Positions 11,940 through 22,128 of a DNA stretch of 64,000 nt are shown in pieces. Source of the DNA: a bacterium. GTDB taxonomy: Bacteria > SM23-31. The stretch lies in the NCBI GenBank assembly GCA_965249485.1, contig OZ252239.1, positions 1,922,445-1,986,444 on the forward strand, in the 5' to 3' direction. Under the pieces are notes generated by a model, which was not told the DNA's origin, did not search any database, and worked only from the letters and a program-made list of their open reading frames with translations. Each line of letters starts with the position of its first letter. Positions within the stretch are counted from its first letter, which is position 1. Position numbers and translations under genes: made by a program.

Positions 11940-12302
11940 ATGAGTGACGCACAAGCAAAATCGGAAATTGAAAACCCTATTCAGGTTACCGACAAAGCAT
12001 TGAAAGAAATTAAGCGTATTATGGAGCTAGAAGATGCTTCATCTGAAAGCGGATTAAAAGTAGGGGTAAAGGGGGGTGGCTGTTCCGGATTGTTATACAC
12101 GATGGAATTTGCAGCTGCACCACAAGAGGGGGAACGGATTTTTGAACATAATGAAATCAAATTATTTGTGGACTTAAAAAGCTTTCTTTATCTTCAGGGG
12201 ATGACTCTTGACTTTTCTGATGGTTTGAATGGAAAAGGGTTTCAATTTTCTAATCCGAATGCAACTAAAACTTGTGGATGCGGAGCTTCGTTCGGAGTAT
12301 GA
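11940..12302 (+). CDS. Iron-sulfur cluster insertion protein, IscA/ErpA/HesB family
   Basis: 120-aa ORF ending in the HesB signature CGCGASFGV. Confidence 0.8.
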   Translation: MSDAQAKSEIENPIQVTDKALKEIKRIMELEDASSESGLKVGVKGGGCSGLLYTMEFAAAPQEGERIFEHNEIKLFVDLKSFLYLQGMTLDFSDGLNGKGFQFSNPNATKTCGCGASFGV

Positions 12303-12357
12303 CATATCGATATTCTGAAGTGTTTCTGTTACAATTACCTGATAATGAGGAGGAACT

Positions 12358-12858
12358 ATGGCAGCAATTACACTAGGCGGTAACGCTATAAATACATCCG
12401 GTAGTTTGCCGGCAATTGGTACCAATGCACCCGATTTTTTACTTACAAAGAACGATTTGTCCGATGTGACTATAAAGGATTTCTCCGGTAAAAACATTGT
12501 GCTGAATATTTTTCCCAGCCTCGATACGGGAATATGTGCTGCCTCTGTACGCAGATTTAATGCCGAAGCGGGCAACCTCGATAACACTGTCGTACTCTGT
12601 ATTTCAGTTGATCTACCGTTCGCACATAATCGATTCTGCGAAGCGGAGGGTATCGACAATGTTGTTACACTTTCTGATTTGCGGAATAAAGATTTTGGCG
12701 AAAAATATAGCGTCAGAATTGTTGACGGTCCACTTGCTGGAGTGTTTTCACGTGCAATAGTAATTGTCAATACTGAAGGAAAGGTCATCTACTCGGAACA
12801 GGTGCCTGAAATTAAACAGGAACCTAATTATGAAGCTGCTCTTAAAGTACTCAGTTAA
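12358..12858 (+). CDS. tpx: Thiol peroxidase (Tpx-type peroxiredoxin)
   Basis: 166-aa ORF with the Tpx fold and conserved cysteines. Preceded by a strong SD (GAGGAGG). Confidence 0.8.
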   Translation: MAAITLGGNAINTSGSLPAIGTNAPDFLLTKNDLSDVTIKDFSGKNIVLNIFPSLDTGICAASVRRFNAEAGNLDNTVVLCISVDLPFAHNRFCEAEGIDNVVTLSDLRNKDFGEKYSVRIVDGPLAGVFSRAIVIVNTEGKVIYSEQVPEIKQEPNYEAALKVLS

Positions 12859-12924
12859 TGATGGTCAAAACCAATGAGTCGATCCTGCTTCAATAAGCAC
12901 ATTGATTAAAAGGATAAAATTACC

Positions 12925-13470
12925 ATGATTCGTCAAAATTTGAATCTTACCTTAGGAGACAAACTCTATTTTCCGGCAATTTTCCGAGGAATGTGGGTTA
13001 CCTTAAAACATCTGGTTCGGCCTCATAAGCGAGTAACGATTCAGTATCCCGAAGAACGGCGTGACCGGCCTGCACATTATAGAGGTTTTCACCGGCTAAA
13101 CAAAGACGACAAAGGCAGAATCAAATGTGTTGCGTGTGAGATGTGTGCAACTGCATGTCCGGCACATTGCATTACTATCGAGCCTCAGGAAACTCCCGCC
13201 GAATGGACCGACCGAGAACGGATGCCGAAAATTTTTGAAATAGATATGCTCAAGTGTATTTACTGTGGAATGTGTGAAGAAGCGTGTCCCGTCAATGCAA
13301 TAGAATTGACTAAAATTCATGATTGGGCTGCCTATTCACGGGACGAAATGGTATGGAATAGAGAAAAACTGCTTGGAATGTACGATCAAACCACGAATGA
13401 AGCGCTCATGGCCGAAATCGGTCTTTCGCTCAATCCTCAGGATCAATTAAAAAGATCTCCTGTTGCATAA
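12925..13470 (+). CDS. nuoI: NADH-quinone oxidoreductase subunit I-like protein (2x[4Fe-4S] ferredoxin)
   Basis: Two CxxCxxCxxxCP motifs (CVACEMCATACP and CIYCGMCEEACP) and a NuoI-like N-terminus. Confidence 0.8.
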   Translation: MIRQNLNLTLGDKLYFPAIFRGMWVTLKHLVRPHKRVTIQYPEERRDRPAHYRGFHRLNKDDKGRIKCVACEMCATACPAHCITIEPQETPAEWTDRERMPKIFEIDMLKCIYCGMCEEACPVNAIELTKIHDWAAYSRDEMVWNREKLLGMYDQTTNEALMAEIGLSLNPQDQLKRSPVA

Positions 13471-13712
13471 TCAATGAAAATATATTTGGTATTTTGACAC
13501 ACAGGTGTTGGTGGTTATTGATACGTCTGACCATCTGTGTAGAACCGGAAAACGTACGTCCATTCAAAAAGAATATACTCTCTATTATTGTATTGCGTTG
13601 TAGTTTTAAATTGAATATATTTTATATTGATTCAAACCGTGCACTTGTGTTATTAATAGAAATGCTTAAACTGGTTTGCCATGGTGAAAAATAAAGTACG
13701 GGACATTGTTAG

Positions 13713-15032
13713 ATGAAAATCAGAATTCCCCGAGAACAGTTAAAGGTTGGGATGTTTATTGAGCGTGCGATTATCGATAAATCGGACAAGAAATCAACCG
13801 ATGTCGATTTTATTCAGAATGTACTGATAGATTCTCAAAAAAAGCTCAAAGAATTAAAAAGTAATAATATCAAGTTTCTTATTATTGATACTACCAAAGC
13901 ACAGAAAATAGTCCCAAAGAAAAAGCCGGAACCAGAACCTAAACCTGAGCCAAAGGAAGAACCTCCTGTAGTTGTTGCAGAACCCATTATCGAAAAGGTA
14001 GAGGAACCAGAACCGGAAGAAGAGGAATTGCTCGAATCGTTTGACGATGTGCCTAAAGAGAAAAAGGGCGGCTCTGTTGTTTCGTTTGAAGTGGAACTGG
14101 AAAAAGCCCGCGAAATTAAGCAGGCTGCTGTTGCTAACGTGAAAAATATGCTCCAGGCGTCAGCAATTGGGAAAAGTTTCGATACAGAACCTGCAAAAGA
14201 GCAGATCAATGACATGGTAAAAAGTGTGTTCCGGAATAAGGACGCAATGTTAAGTTTGACACGACTGAAAAGTTTTGATGAATATACATTTACCCATTCC
14301 GTTAACGTTACGGTTCTTGCCGTAGCCTTAGCAAAAGAGACCGGATTTTCGAAAGAGAAAGTCGAAATGATCGGTCTGGGAGGGATGTTGCACGATGTCG
14401 GGAAGATGAAAGTTCCCGATGAAATCCTGAATAAACCGGGTAGACTCACACCGGAAGAACGGCTTGAGATACAGAAACACACAACGTATGCATATGAGAT
14501 TCTGAAAGAGCGGGGGGATATTCCTGAAGTTGCTCAGCAGATGGCATATGAGCACCACGAACGGATCGATGGAACCGGCTATCCATGCAGCAAAAAAGAG
14601 AGTGAACTGCTTGATGAAAGTATGCTGACCGGTGTAGTGGATGTCTATGATGCATTGACCAGTGCTCGTGTTTACAAACCGGGAATGCCGCCACCGCACG
14701 CACTCTCGTTTATCAAAGCACGAGCAGAAACAGAATTCAGAGCAGAATATGTTGACAAATTTATTGAAGTTATCGGTATATTCCCGGTCGGAAGTCTTGT
14801 AGAATTCAATACAGGGCAGATTGGTATAGTGAAAGAAGTGAATCGGGATAACCTCTTCGAACCTTATGTGCTGCTGGTTATGAATGCTCAGAAGCAAAAG
14901 CTCGGTACGGCACGTGAATTAGATCCGTCAAAATACGAAAGTGGAAGAATGAAAATTGTTCGGTATCACGATCCGGACGATCTCGGAATTATTGTCTCCG
15001 ATTTTCTCGATCTTGACGCTAAGCGGATCTGA
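13713..15032 (+). CDS. HD-GYP domain phosphodiesterase with an N-terminal DUF3391-like domain and a Pro/Glu-rich linker
   Basis: HD motif (LHDVGK) and the HHERIDGTGYP motif. The N-terminus is DUF3391-like and the linker reads KKKPEPEPKPEPKEEPP. Confidence 0.8.
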   Translation: MKIRIPREQLKVGMFIERAIIDKSDKKSTDVDFIQNVLIDSQKKLKELKSNNIKFLIIDTTKAQKIVPKKKPEPEPKPEPKEEPPVVVAEPIIEKVEEPEPEEEELLESFDDVPKEKKGGSVVSFEVELEKAREIKQAAVANVKNMLQASAIGKSFDTEPAKEQINDMVKSVFRNKDAMLSLTRLKSFDEYTFTHSVNVTVLAVALAKETGFSKEKVEMIGLGGMLHDVGKMKVPDEILNKPGRLTPEERLEIQKHTTYAYEILKERGDIPEVAQQMAYEHHERIDGTGYPCSKKESELLDESMLTGVVDVYDALTSARVYKPGMPPPHALSFIKARAETEFRAEYVDKFIEVIGIFPVGSLVEFNTGQIGIVKEVNRDNLFEPYVLLVMNAQKQKLGTARELDPSKYESGRMKIVRYHDPDDLGIIVSDFLDLDAKRI

Positions 15033-15050
15033 AAAATTTAATGTGAAGTG

Positions 15051-15995
15051 TTATTTCTTCTTAAAAAACCTCTCCAATACTTCCTGTTTTTCCTTTAACT
15101 TATTTATTTTGATCTCACTTTCCTTCCCTAATTCTGTTCCGGGAGCAAGTTCAAGAACTTTTAAATAGTAAGCAATAGAGTTGCTATAATCGCGTTTTTC
15201 GTGTTGTTCGTGTGCTTGTGCAAGAAAATAATAGGAAACGGGATCATCCGGTCTTACGTTCACTGCATTGTTAAAAGATTCGATTGCTGCTGACATGGCA
15301 GTGGCTGTTCCGAGACTGAAATGATACTTTCCTTCCGCGATATGCTGCAAATACCTGGCTTCCCGATCCTCCGATTTAATTGTAAGATATTGTTTGTAAT
15401 TTTCGGACGATTCATAAAACATTCCCGCATCATAGTCACTTCTCGCGCTCTCGAGAAGTTCTTGTGCACGGGTTGTTAAGAAAGAAACTTTCTCCACCGC
15501 TATATTACTGAGTTCAGAACGGTTGTCCTGTTGTGCTAATACTTCGTAAGCCTGCAGCACATTGGATGTATCACCGTTCTTTTCATAGATCGCTACCAGT
15601 ATTTCATATACTGGAAGAAAATCGGGATTACTCCTCTTTAAACTTTCATATTCGGCGAGGGCTTCTTTTTCAAATCCTTTCTTTTCAAGGTCCTGACCTT
15701 GTTGAAGCCGTACCTTGGGCATGCGCGACTTAACTTCAGCCCAATCAGGCTTCAATCTGAGAGCCTCAGTAAACGCTTGAAGTGCAAGATTGAATTCATT
15801 GATACCGAGATAGGCATCACCTAATTTTAAATAAGCGGTGTGATTATTCGGATCATAAGAAACAAGACTTTTATATTCCTCTATTGCGCCTTCATAATTT
15901 TGTTGCGACATATATGTGTCTCCCTTCTGCAGCGAGCCCGCACATTGTACACTGAGAAATGCAACAAAACACAATACTAAAATACGGTTATTCAT
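15051..15995 (-). CDS. Secreted TPR-repeat protein
   Basis: Signal peptide MNNRILVLCFVAFLSVQCAGS, followed by repeated TPR-like Y/A/L-rich helices. Confidence 0.7.
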   Translation of the reverse strand: MNNRILVLCFVAFLSVQCAGSLQKGDTYMSQQNYEGAIEEYKSLVSYDPNNHTAYLKLGDAYLGINEFNLALQAFTEALRLKPDWAEVKSRMPKVRLQQGQDLEKKGFEKEALAEYESLKRSNPDFLPVYEILVAIYEKNGDTSNVLQAYEVLAQQDNRSELSNIAVEKVSFLTTRAQELLESARSDYDAGMFYESSENYKQYLTIKSEDREARYLQHIAEGKYHFSLGTATAMSAAIESFNNAVNVRPDDPVSYYFLAQAHEQHEKRDYSNSIAYYLKVLELAPGTELGKESEIKINKLKEKQEVLERFFKKK

Positions 15996-16447
15996 GCTGA
16001 CCTTTCATCCTTAATGGAGCTTAATAATGTTCCAATTCTGAGAAAAAACATCAAAATACTACTATAATTATACAAATACAAAACAAAAATATTGCACGAG
16101 GAATTGATTTATTTAATTCAGGAGATATGTTGATGGCAGTTTGATCAGATGTCTGCACGACTATTATCTTGACTTTTATTGAAAAAATTATTAAAATTAA
16201 TAGTTTTCGATCGCAAAAACCATCCGTGTATATCTAATATTATCAAAGAGTTGCGCCATATTGAGAATGCGGGAGTTTATTTTATAATGTTTAAGAGTTC
16301 AAATCTGTATATCCGCTGATGTATATATGTTATTGAAGTAAGGATAGCCGTATCAGATGAAAAATTGGCACATCTCCATATCGTACAATCTGCATGTATC
16401 ATATTTCTGCACAAACCGAAATATTGAATCTGGAAAGCTGTAGTATA

Positions 16448-17266
16448 ATGCATATCGATACTAAATCAATAACGAAGATATTGACGGAATTTATTGCAGA
16501 TTGTATACGAAAAACTTCGAGTAAAAATGCTGTAGTCGGTTTATCTGGTGGTCTTGATTCATCAATAGTTGCAGCACTTTCGGTTAGGGCGGTTGGGAAG
16601 GATAATGTATCCGGTGTGCTCTTGCCTTATAAACTGAGTTCAGAAGCAAGTAAAACGGACGCAAGTAATCTTGCCGGTCAACTGGGGATTTCGGTCGAAA
16701 CAATTGATATATCATCAGTTGCTGATACTTATTTTGAAAAGTATAAGATTACCGATGATAACCGGAAAGCAAACTATCTTGCCCGACAGCGTATGGCTGT
16801 TTTGTATGATGTGGCTGCCCGGGAGAAGGGGCTTGTTATTGGAACAAGCAACAAGTCCGAAATCCTGCTTGGTTACGGAACAATTTATGGGGATCTTGGT
16901 CACGCAATCAATCCGGTTGGTGATCTCTACAAAACGCAGATGCGTCAGCTTGCAGAATATCTCGAAATTCCTGAAACGATCCGGCAAAAAAAGCCGTCTG
17001 CTGATTTGATTGTAGGTCAGACCGATGAAGGTGATTTTGGTTTCACATATGAAAAAATAGATAAATTTTTCTATTTGTGGTTAGAGAAAAAAAAGAGTGA
17101 ATCACAGCTTGAAGAGATAGGGTATAAAAAAGAATTTATCAATGAAGTTCTGAGACGTGTTAAGATAAATCATTTTAAACGTATACCACCACTTATTGCC
17201 AAGGTTTCACTGGTCACAATTGGAGTCGAGTTTAACTATGGCTGGGAATGGTCTGTACAATCCTAA
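16448..17266 (+). CDS. nadE: NH3-dependent NAD+ synthetase
   Basis: PP-loop motif SGGLDSS. The ORF opens at 16394, but the start at the 16448 ATG is more likely. Confidence 0.8.
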   Translation: MHIDTKSITKILTEFIADCIRKTSSKNAVVGLSGGLDSSIVAALSVRAVGKDNVSGVLLPYKLSSEASKTDASNLAGQLGISVETIDISSVADTYFEKYKITDDNRKANYLARQRMAVLYDVAAREKGLVIGTSNKSEILLGYGTIYGDLGHAINPVGDLYKTQMRQLAEYLEIPETIRQKKPSADLIVGQTDEGDFGFTYEKIDKFFYLWLEKKKSESQLEEIGYKKEFINEVLRRVKINHFKRIPPLIAKVSLVTIGVEFNYGWEWSVQS

Positions 17267-17371
17267 TTGATATGGTGAATTTACACTTTCTGCCAAAGAA
17301 ATGTGAAAAAGTAATTGTATTTCATCAAAATTATTTTGAATTTACCGACTTATTTAATGTCGTGATGAGCC

Positions 17372-18091
17372 ATGCATCTACCGGATAAAGGAAGTGTGCA
17401 AAATGACTCCTTGAAGCCGGGCTGTTTATACGTTGTATCAACACCTATAGGCAATCTTGGCGATTTTTCTTCACGTGCGGCTGATACTCTAAAATCAGTT
17501 GATATAATCGCTGCCGAAGATACACGAAAAGCATCGATTCTTAAACAACGTTTTAATATTGCAACAAAAGTTGTCAGTTATTATGAACATAATGCACAGA
17601 GACGGATTCCACAACTCATAAATTATTTAGTTTCGGGTTCCGCTGTTGCACTCATTACTGACGCAGGTACCCCGGGAATAGCCGATCCTGGATATAGATT
17701 GATAAACAGTTGCATAGAGAAAAATATTACTGTCGTTCCAATTCCAGGTCCGGCGGCATTTCTTGCGGCACTATCGGTTTCAGGACTCCCAACTGACCGA
17801 TTTGTATTCGAAGGTTTTTTACCCGTCAAAAAAGGGAGAAAAAAGCGGCTGGAAAATTTGACCGGAGAATGGAGGACATTATTGTTTTATGAGTCTCCTC
17901 ACCGCATTCAACGGACTCTTCGAGATCTGTTTGACCACTTCGGAAACAGAGAAGTCGTTGTTGTCAGAGAACTGACAAAAATATATGAAGAAATTATAAG
18001 AACAACACTGCAGGATGCACAGCAATTATTTAAACAGCGAAAACCGAAAGGTGAATTTGTTCTAGTTGTGCGTGGATGTGATCAGATATAA
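17372..18091 (+). CDS. rsmI: 16S rRNA (cytidine1402-2'-O)-methyltransferase RsmI
   Basis: Tetrapyrrole-methylase fold with the RsmI N-terminus (YVVSTPIGNLGD, AAEDTR). Confidence 0.8.
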   Translation: MHLPDKGSVQNDSLKPGCLYVVSTPIGNLGDFSSRAADTLKSVDIIAAEDTRKASILKQRFNIATKVVSYYEHNAQRRIPQLINYLVSGSAVALITDAGTPGIADPGYRLINSCIEKNITVVPIPGPAAFLAALSVSGLPTDRFVFEGFLPVKKGRKKRLENLTGEWRTLLFYESPHRIQRTLRDLFDHFGNREVVVVRELTKIYEEIIRTTLQDAQQLFKQRKPKGEFVLVVRGCDQI

Positions 18092-18134
18092 TTATTGCGT
18101 GGAACCGGCAGTAAAGAACGATTGGCAAAACAAA

Positions 18135-18776
18135 ATGAAATTTTTGGCGAATGGAGTTCAGTCCTGGTATATTAATCTTCTTGATCCTGCGATAAACTTC
18201 TTTATTAGATTAGAAATACATCCGAACCACTTTACAACGATTGGGTTAGTCATCCAGTGTGTATCCACTTATTTTATAGCAACAGGTCATTTTCTGGTAG
18301 GGGGATCACTAGTCTGGCTTTCAGGCACCTGTGATATCATTGACGGCAAAATTGCCCGGACACGCGGCATCGGAACCAAATTCGGAGCTCTTTACGATTC
18401 GGTACTCGACCGCTATGCCGAGTTTATTATGTTTTTTGGCTTAAGTTATTATTTTGTCTCTCATGAATATTTTCTGACATCGATTATTACTTTTGTTGCG
18501 CTTGGTGGTTCACTGATGACAAGTTATATTAGAGCACGTAGTGAATCGCTTGGATTCTTTGAAAAGGTCGGAACAATGCAGCGGCCTGAACGCATAGTCT
18601 ATATTGGCGGTGGATCTATACTGTCTGGCATACCGTATATTTTCCCTTATCCAATAGTTATTGTACTGATATTAATTGCGGTTCTTTCAAATTATACAGC
18701 ATTTCAACGACTGGCAATAATGTACAAAGCAACCGATCAAGGACGGGAATTGCTATACCCGGATAAAGATGAATGA
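18135..18776 (+). CDS. CDP-alcohol phosphatidyltransferase family protein (candidate phosphatidylinositol-phosphate synthase)
   Basis: DG(x)2AR-type motif (DGKIARTRG...DSVLDR) in a multi-pass membrane protein. Lies just upstream of the inositol-3-phosphate synthase gene. Confidence 0.75.
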   Translation: MKFLANGVQSWYINLLDPAINFFIRLEIHPNHFTTIGLVIQCVSTYFIATGHFLVGGSLVWLSGTCDIIDGKIARTRGIGTKFGALYDSVLDRYAEFIMFFGLSYYFVSHEYFLTSIITFVALGGSLMTSYIRARSESLGFFEKVGTMQRPERIVYIGGGSILSGIPYIFPYPIVIVLILIAVLSNYTAFQRLAIMYKATDQGRELLYPDKDE

Positions 18777-18785
18777 GGAAGAGAA

Positions 18786-19160
18786 ATGTTGATTAATAAG
18801 CTTAAATCAAAAATCCATAAAGCCCGTGTTACCGAAGCTGAGCTTCACTATGTTGGGAGTTTAACAATTGACAGAGATTTAATGGATATTGTTGGGCTCG
18901 TTCCGTATGAGAAAATTTTAGTAGCGAATATTGCAAATGGTAACCGATTTGAAACCTATGTTATCGAAGGATCACGGCAATCACGTACATTTTGTTTGAA
19001 TGGGGCTACTGCGCATCTTGGCAGCGTTGGCGATGAATTAACCATATTTGCATTTTGTGATGTGACTTTGGAAGAAGAAAAGAAACTTGTACCGAAAATT
19101 GCGGTTCTTGATGAACATAATAATGTGATGACACTATCCGGAGGTGAGGATGTCAAGTAA
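18786..19160 (+). CDS. panD: Aspartate 1-decarboxylase
   Basis: 124-aa ORF starting MLINKLKSKIHKARVTEAELHYVGSLTID, with the Gly-Ser self-processing site. Confidence 0.85.
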   Translation: MLINKLKSKIHKARVTEAELHYVGSLTIDRDLMDIVGLVPYEKILVANIANGNRFETYVIEGSRQSRTFCLNGATAHLGSVGDELTIFAFCDVTLEEEKKLVPKIAVLDEHNNVMTLSGGEDVK

Positions 19161-20466
19161 TGGTTTGAATAATAAAAAGCCCACAGGTAAATTAGGAGTC
19201 CTCATTCCTGGTTTGGGAGCAGTGAGTACAACATTCATTGCGGGGGTATATGCTTGTATTGAGGGGATTTCAAAACCCATTGGTTCACTGACACAAATGG
19301 GAACGATTCGTCTTGGAAAACGGACAGATAAAAAATCTCCGAACATTAAGGATTTTGTACCGCTTGCTGATATTAAAGATCTAGTATTTGGAGGATGGGA
19401 CATTTTTCCCGATAATTGTTATGAATCAGCCTGCACGGCCGGTGTCCTTGATGAGCGGCTTCTGGAAAAAATCAAACCTGCGCTTGAACGTATCAAGCCG
19501 ATGAAAGCTGTGTTTGATAAAAAGTATGTTAAGAAACTTGACGGTTCCCATGTCAAATCTGCCCCGTCAAAATATGAACTTGCCCAGCAATTAATAGATG
19601 ACTGTAATCGATTCAAGGAAGAAAACGGATGTGACCGACTTGTCATGATCTGGTGCGGAAGCACTGAAATATTTTTGCAGCAGTCGGATACACATGCAAC
19701 AATTGAAAAATTTGAAGAAGGGCTAAAAAAGAATTCACCCGATATAGCGCCGAGTATGATCTATGCATATGCGGCGCTCACGTTAGGAATACCCTTTGCG
19801 AATGGTGCTCCGAATTTAACAGTAGATATTCCGGCGCATCGGGATCTGGCCAAAAAGAACAATGTACCGATCTGCGGAAAAGATTATAAGACCGGCCAGA
19901 CACTGATGAAGACTATCATAGCACCAGGATTGAAAGCCCGTATGCTCGGATTGAGCGGGTGGTTTTCGACCAATATACTTGGTAATAGAGACGGTGAAGT
20001 CCTGGATGACCCCGAATCGTTTAAAACAAAAGAAGAAAGTAAACTTTCGGTTCTCGAGCATATCCTTCAACCCGAAATGTACCCTGAACTTTACGGTGAT
20101 ATGTCGCATAAAGTCCGGATTAACTACTATCCTCCCCGGCGTGATAATAAAGAGGGATGGGACAATATCGATATTTTCGGGTGGCTTGGTTACGATATGC
20201 AGATTAAGGTGAATTTTCTCTGTAGAGATAGCATCCTTGCTGCCCCGATTGTCCTGGATCTTGTCCTACTGCTCGATCTTGCAAAACGGTGTGAAATGGG
20301 TGGAATTCAGGAGTGGTTATCTTTTTATTTCAAAAGTCCCATGTGTGTTCCTGAGGTGTATCCGGAACACGATTTGTTCATTCAATTAATGAAGCTCAAG
20401 AATACACTCCGGCATATTCAAGGAGAGGAACCAATTACACATCTTGGGCTCGAATACTATGACTAA
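19144..20466 (+). CDS. myo-Inositol-1-phosphate synthase (inositol-3-phosphate synthase)
   Basis: 440-aa ORF with the NAD-binding N-terminus and the MIPS catalytic region (NGAPNLTVDIP, LGNRDGEVL). Confidence 0.8.
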   Translation: MRMSSNGLNNKKPTGKLGVLIPGLGAVSTTFIAGVYACIEGISKPIGSLTQMGTIRLGKRTDKKSPNIKDFVPLADIKDLVFGGWDIFPDNCYESACTAGVLDERLLEKIKPALERIKPMKAVFDKKYVKKLDGSHVKSAPSKYELAQQLIDDCNRFKEENGCDRLVMIWCGSTEIFLQQSDTHATIEKFEEGLKKNSPDIAPSMIYAYAALTLGIPFANGAPNLTVDIPAHRDLAKKNNVPICGKDYKTGQTLMKTIIAPGLKARMLGLSGWFSTNILGNRDGEVLDDPESFKTKEESKLSVLEHILQPEMYPELYGDMSHKVRINYYPPRRDNKEGWDNIDIFGWLGYDMQIKVNFLCRDSILAAPIVLDLVLLLDLAKRCEMGGIQEWLSFYFKSPMCVPEVYPEHDLFIQLMKLKNTLRHIQGEEPITHLGLEYYD

Positions 20467-20543
20467 TTGAGCGACTGCTCTGTAGTCGAATTAATTGGCG
20501 CGCGTAAACAATAAATAAAGTTTCAGCCGCAGACCGCTTCATA

Positions 20544-21896
20544 ATGACAGAAAGACAAAAAAAGACACATGGGATATTAAAGGAATATCTAAAAACTTCT
20601 CTGCCAGCAGTAGTAGACCTGTCTATTCAGCCGCTGGTATGGCTTTATGAAGCTTTTCTTATTGGGCAGATTAGTATTGCGGCTCTTGGCAGTGTCGGCT
20701 TGGCCTTCCAATTTGTTCTTGTAACATTCACGGCCGTCCTTACCTTTGTAGTAGGGAGTTCACTTATTATCAACAGACATCTGGGTCAAAAAAAAATCTT
20801 TGAGGCAAATCACATTTTTGGCCAGGCAATGATGATCGGGATTTTTCTGTCGATTACGATTGCTTTGATCTGGTATTTCGGCTCTCCTATCCTATTTAAA
20901 ATTATTAAAGAAAGCGAACCACACAGCCAAACGTTTGGGATTAATTATCTCCAAACTCTTGCTTATTTTGCCCCAATTGCTATCATCTGCTTTATTGCTC
21001 TGGGTATTATCAGAGGAACAGGAGATACCCAATTTGCTCTTATAATCAATATTGTTATAATCAGTATTAATGTCATTCTCGCACCACTGCTCATATTTGG
21101 TCAATTCGGACTGCCACGTTTGGAAGAGCGGGGACTTGCTCTTGCAAAAGGAATATCATTTGCCGTAGGTTTTGTATTGACTGGTATCCTTGTCAGGAGC
21201 AGAAAGATTAATTTATATCTTTCGATACGTGAAATGACCAATGTCAAATGGGAGAGTGTCAAAATACTGTTTCGCTCGGGTTTTCCAACTACGGTTGAGC
21301 AGTTGACCTGGTCCACCGGATTGTTCGTGGTTTCTACCTATGTTGCCCGGCTGGGAGTAATCGGGTTGGCAACACATCAGATTCTGCTTCTGATTCAAGG
21401 TGTATTGTCCATGATCTATCAGGGACTTGGTATGGGTTCAATGATTTTAATTGGAAAAAAAATCGGCGCGGACGAACATCATCATGCAGAGCGTACGGGA
21501 TTTGTTGCCGGAGGTGTTACTTTGTCCCTTGTGCTTGTAGTTGCATTGGCAATCTATATATTTCAGGTTGAATTGTTCCGGGTATTTACAGATAGTCAGG
21601 AAATCCTTAATCTGGGTTTAACCGTTATCATTATTTTTGCGCTTGTCCAAATCCCGAAAGCCCTCAACAGTGTCTTGATTGGAAATCTGCGTGGAGCAGG
21701 GGAGTTGAAATGGATTATGTGGGTAACTATACTCGGTGTTGCCGTATTTGAAGTCAGCGCTTCATGGGTAATAGTTTTTGTGTTTCAGTTTGCACTTGCC
21801 GGTATCTGGATTGTACACGGCTGTGATGAAATATCACGCTTTCTCTTCAATTTTATCCGCTTCAGAAACGGAAAATGGAAACTACAAAATTTGTAA
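20544..21896 (+). CDS. MATE-family efflux transporter
   Basis: 450-aa ORF with 12 predicted TM helices and the duplicated MATE architecture. Confidence 0.75.
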   Translation: MTERQKKTHGILKEYLKTSLPAVVDLSIQPLVWLYEAFLIGQISIAALGSVGLAFQFVLVTFTAVLTFVVGSSLIINRHLGQKKIFEANHIFGQAMMIGIFLSITIALIWYFGSPILFKIIKESEPHSQTFGINYLQTLAYFAPIAIICFIALGIIRGTGDTQFALIINIVIISINVILAPLLIFGQFGLPRLEERGLALAKGISFAVGFVLTGILVRSRKINLYLSIREMTNVKWESVKILFRSGFPTTVEQLTWSTGLFVVSTYVARLGVIGLATHQILLLIQGVLSMIYQGLGMGSMILIGKKIGADEHHHAERTGFVAGGVTLSLVLVVALAIYIFQVELFRVFTDSQEILNLGLTVIIIFALVQIPKALNSVLIGNLRGAGELKWIMWVTILGVAVFEVSASWVIVFVFQFALAGIWIVHGCDEISRFLFNFIRFRNGKWKLQNL

Positions 21897-22128
21897 TCTG
21901 CGTCGAAATATTTTCCTTTCCTTGTAACATTTCTCATATAATATATTATTGTGTCATATTACCTCAGCAGTGTGTGAATCAATAAATTGCATTGATTCGG
22001 ATCAATAAAGTTTGTTGCAACGAAATCTTTTGAGCTTCAAGAAATGAAATAATTGACTCAAGTAGTTTTGCGTTTTACAGGGAAAATAGTTACATTAAAT
22101 ATTTTGAGAATTTAACAGATGGAAATCA

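Noticed and set aside
13494-13694. A 66-aa ORF (MTHRCWWLLIRL...) between nuoI and the HD-GYP gene.
   Set aside because: It has no SD and unusual composition, and it sits in a probable promoter region. It is likely spurious.
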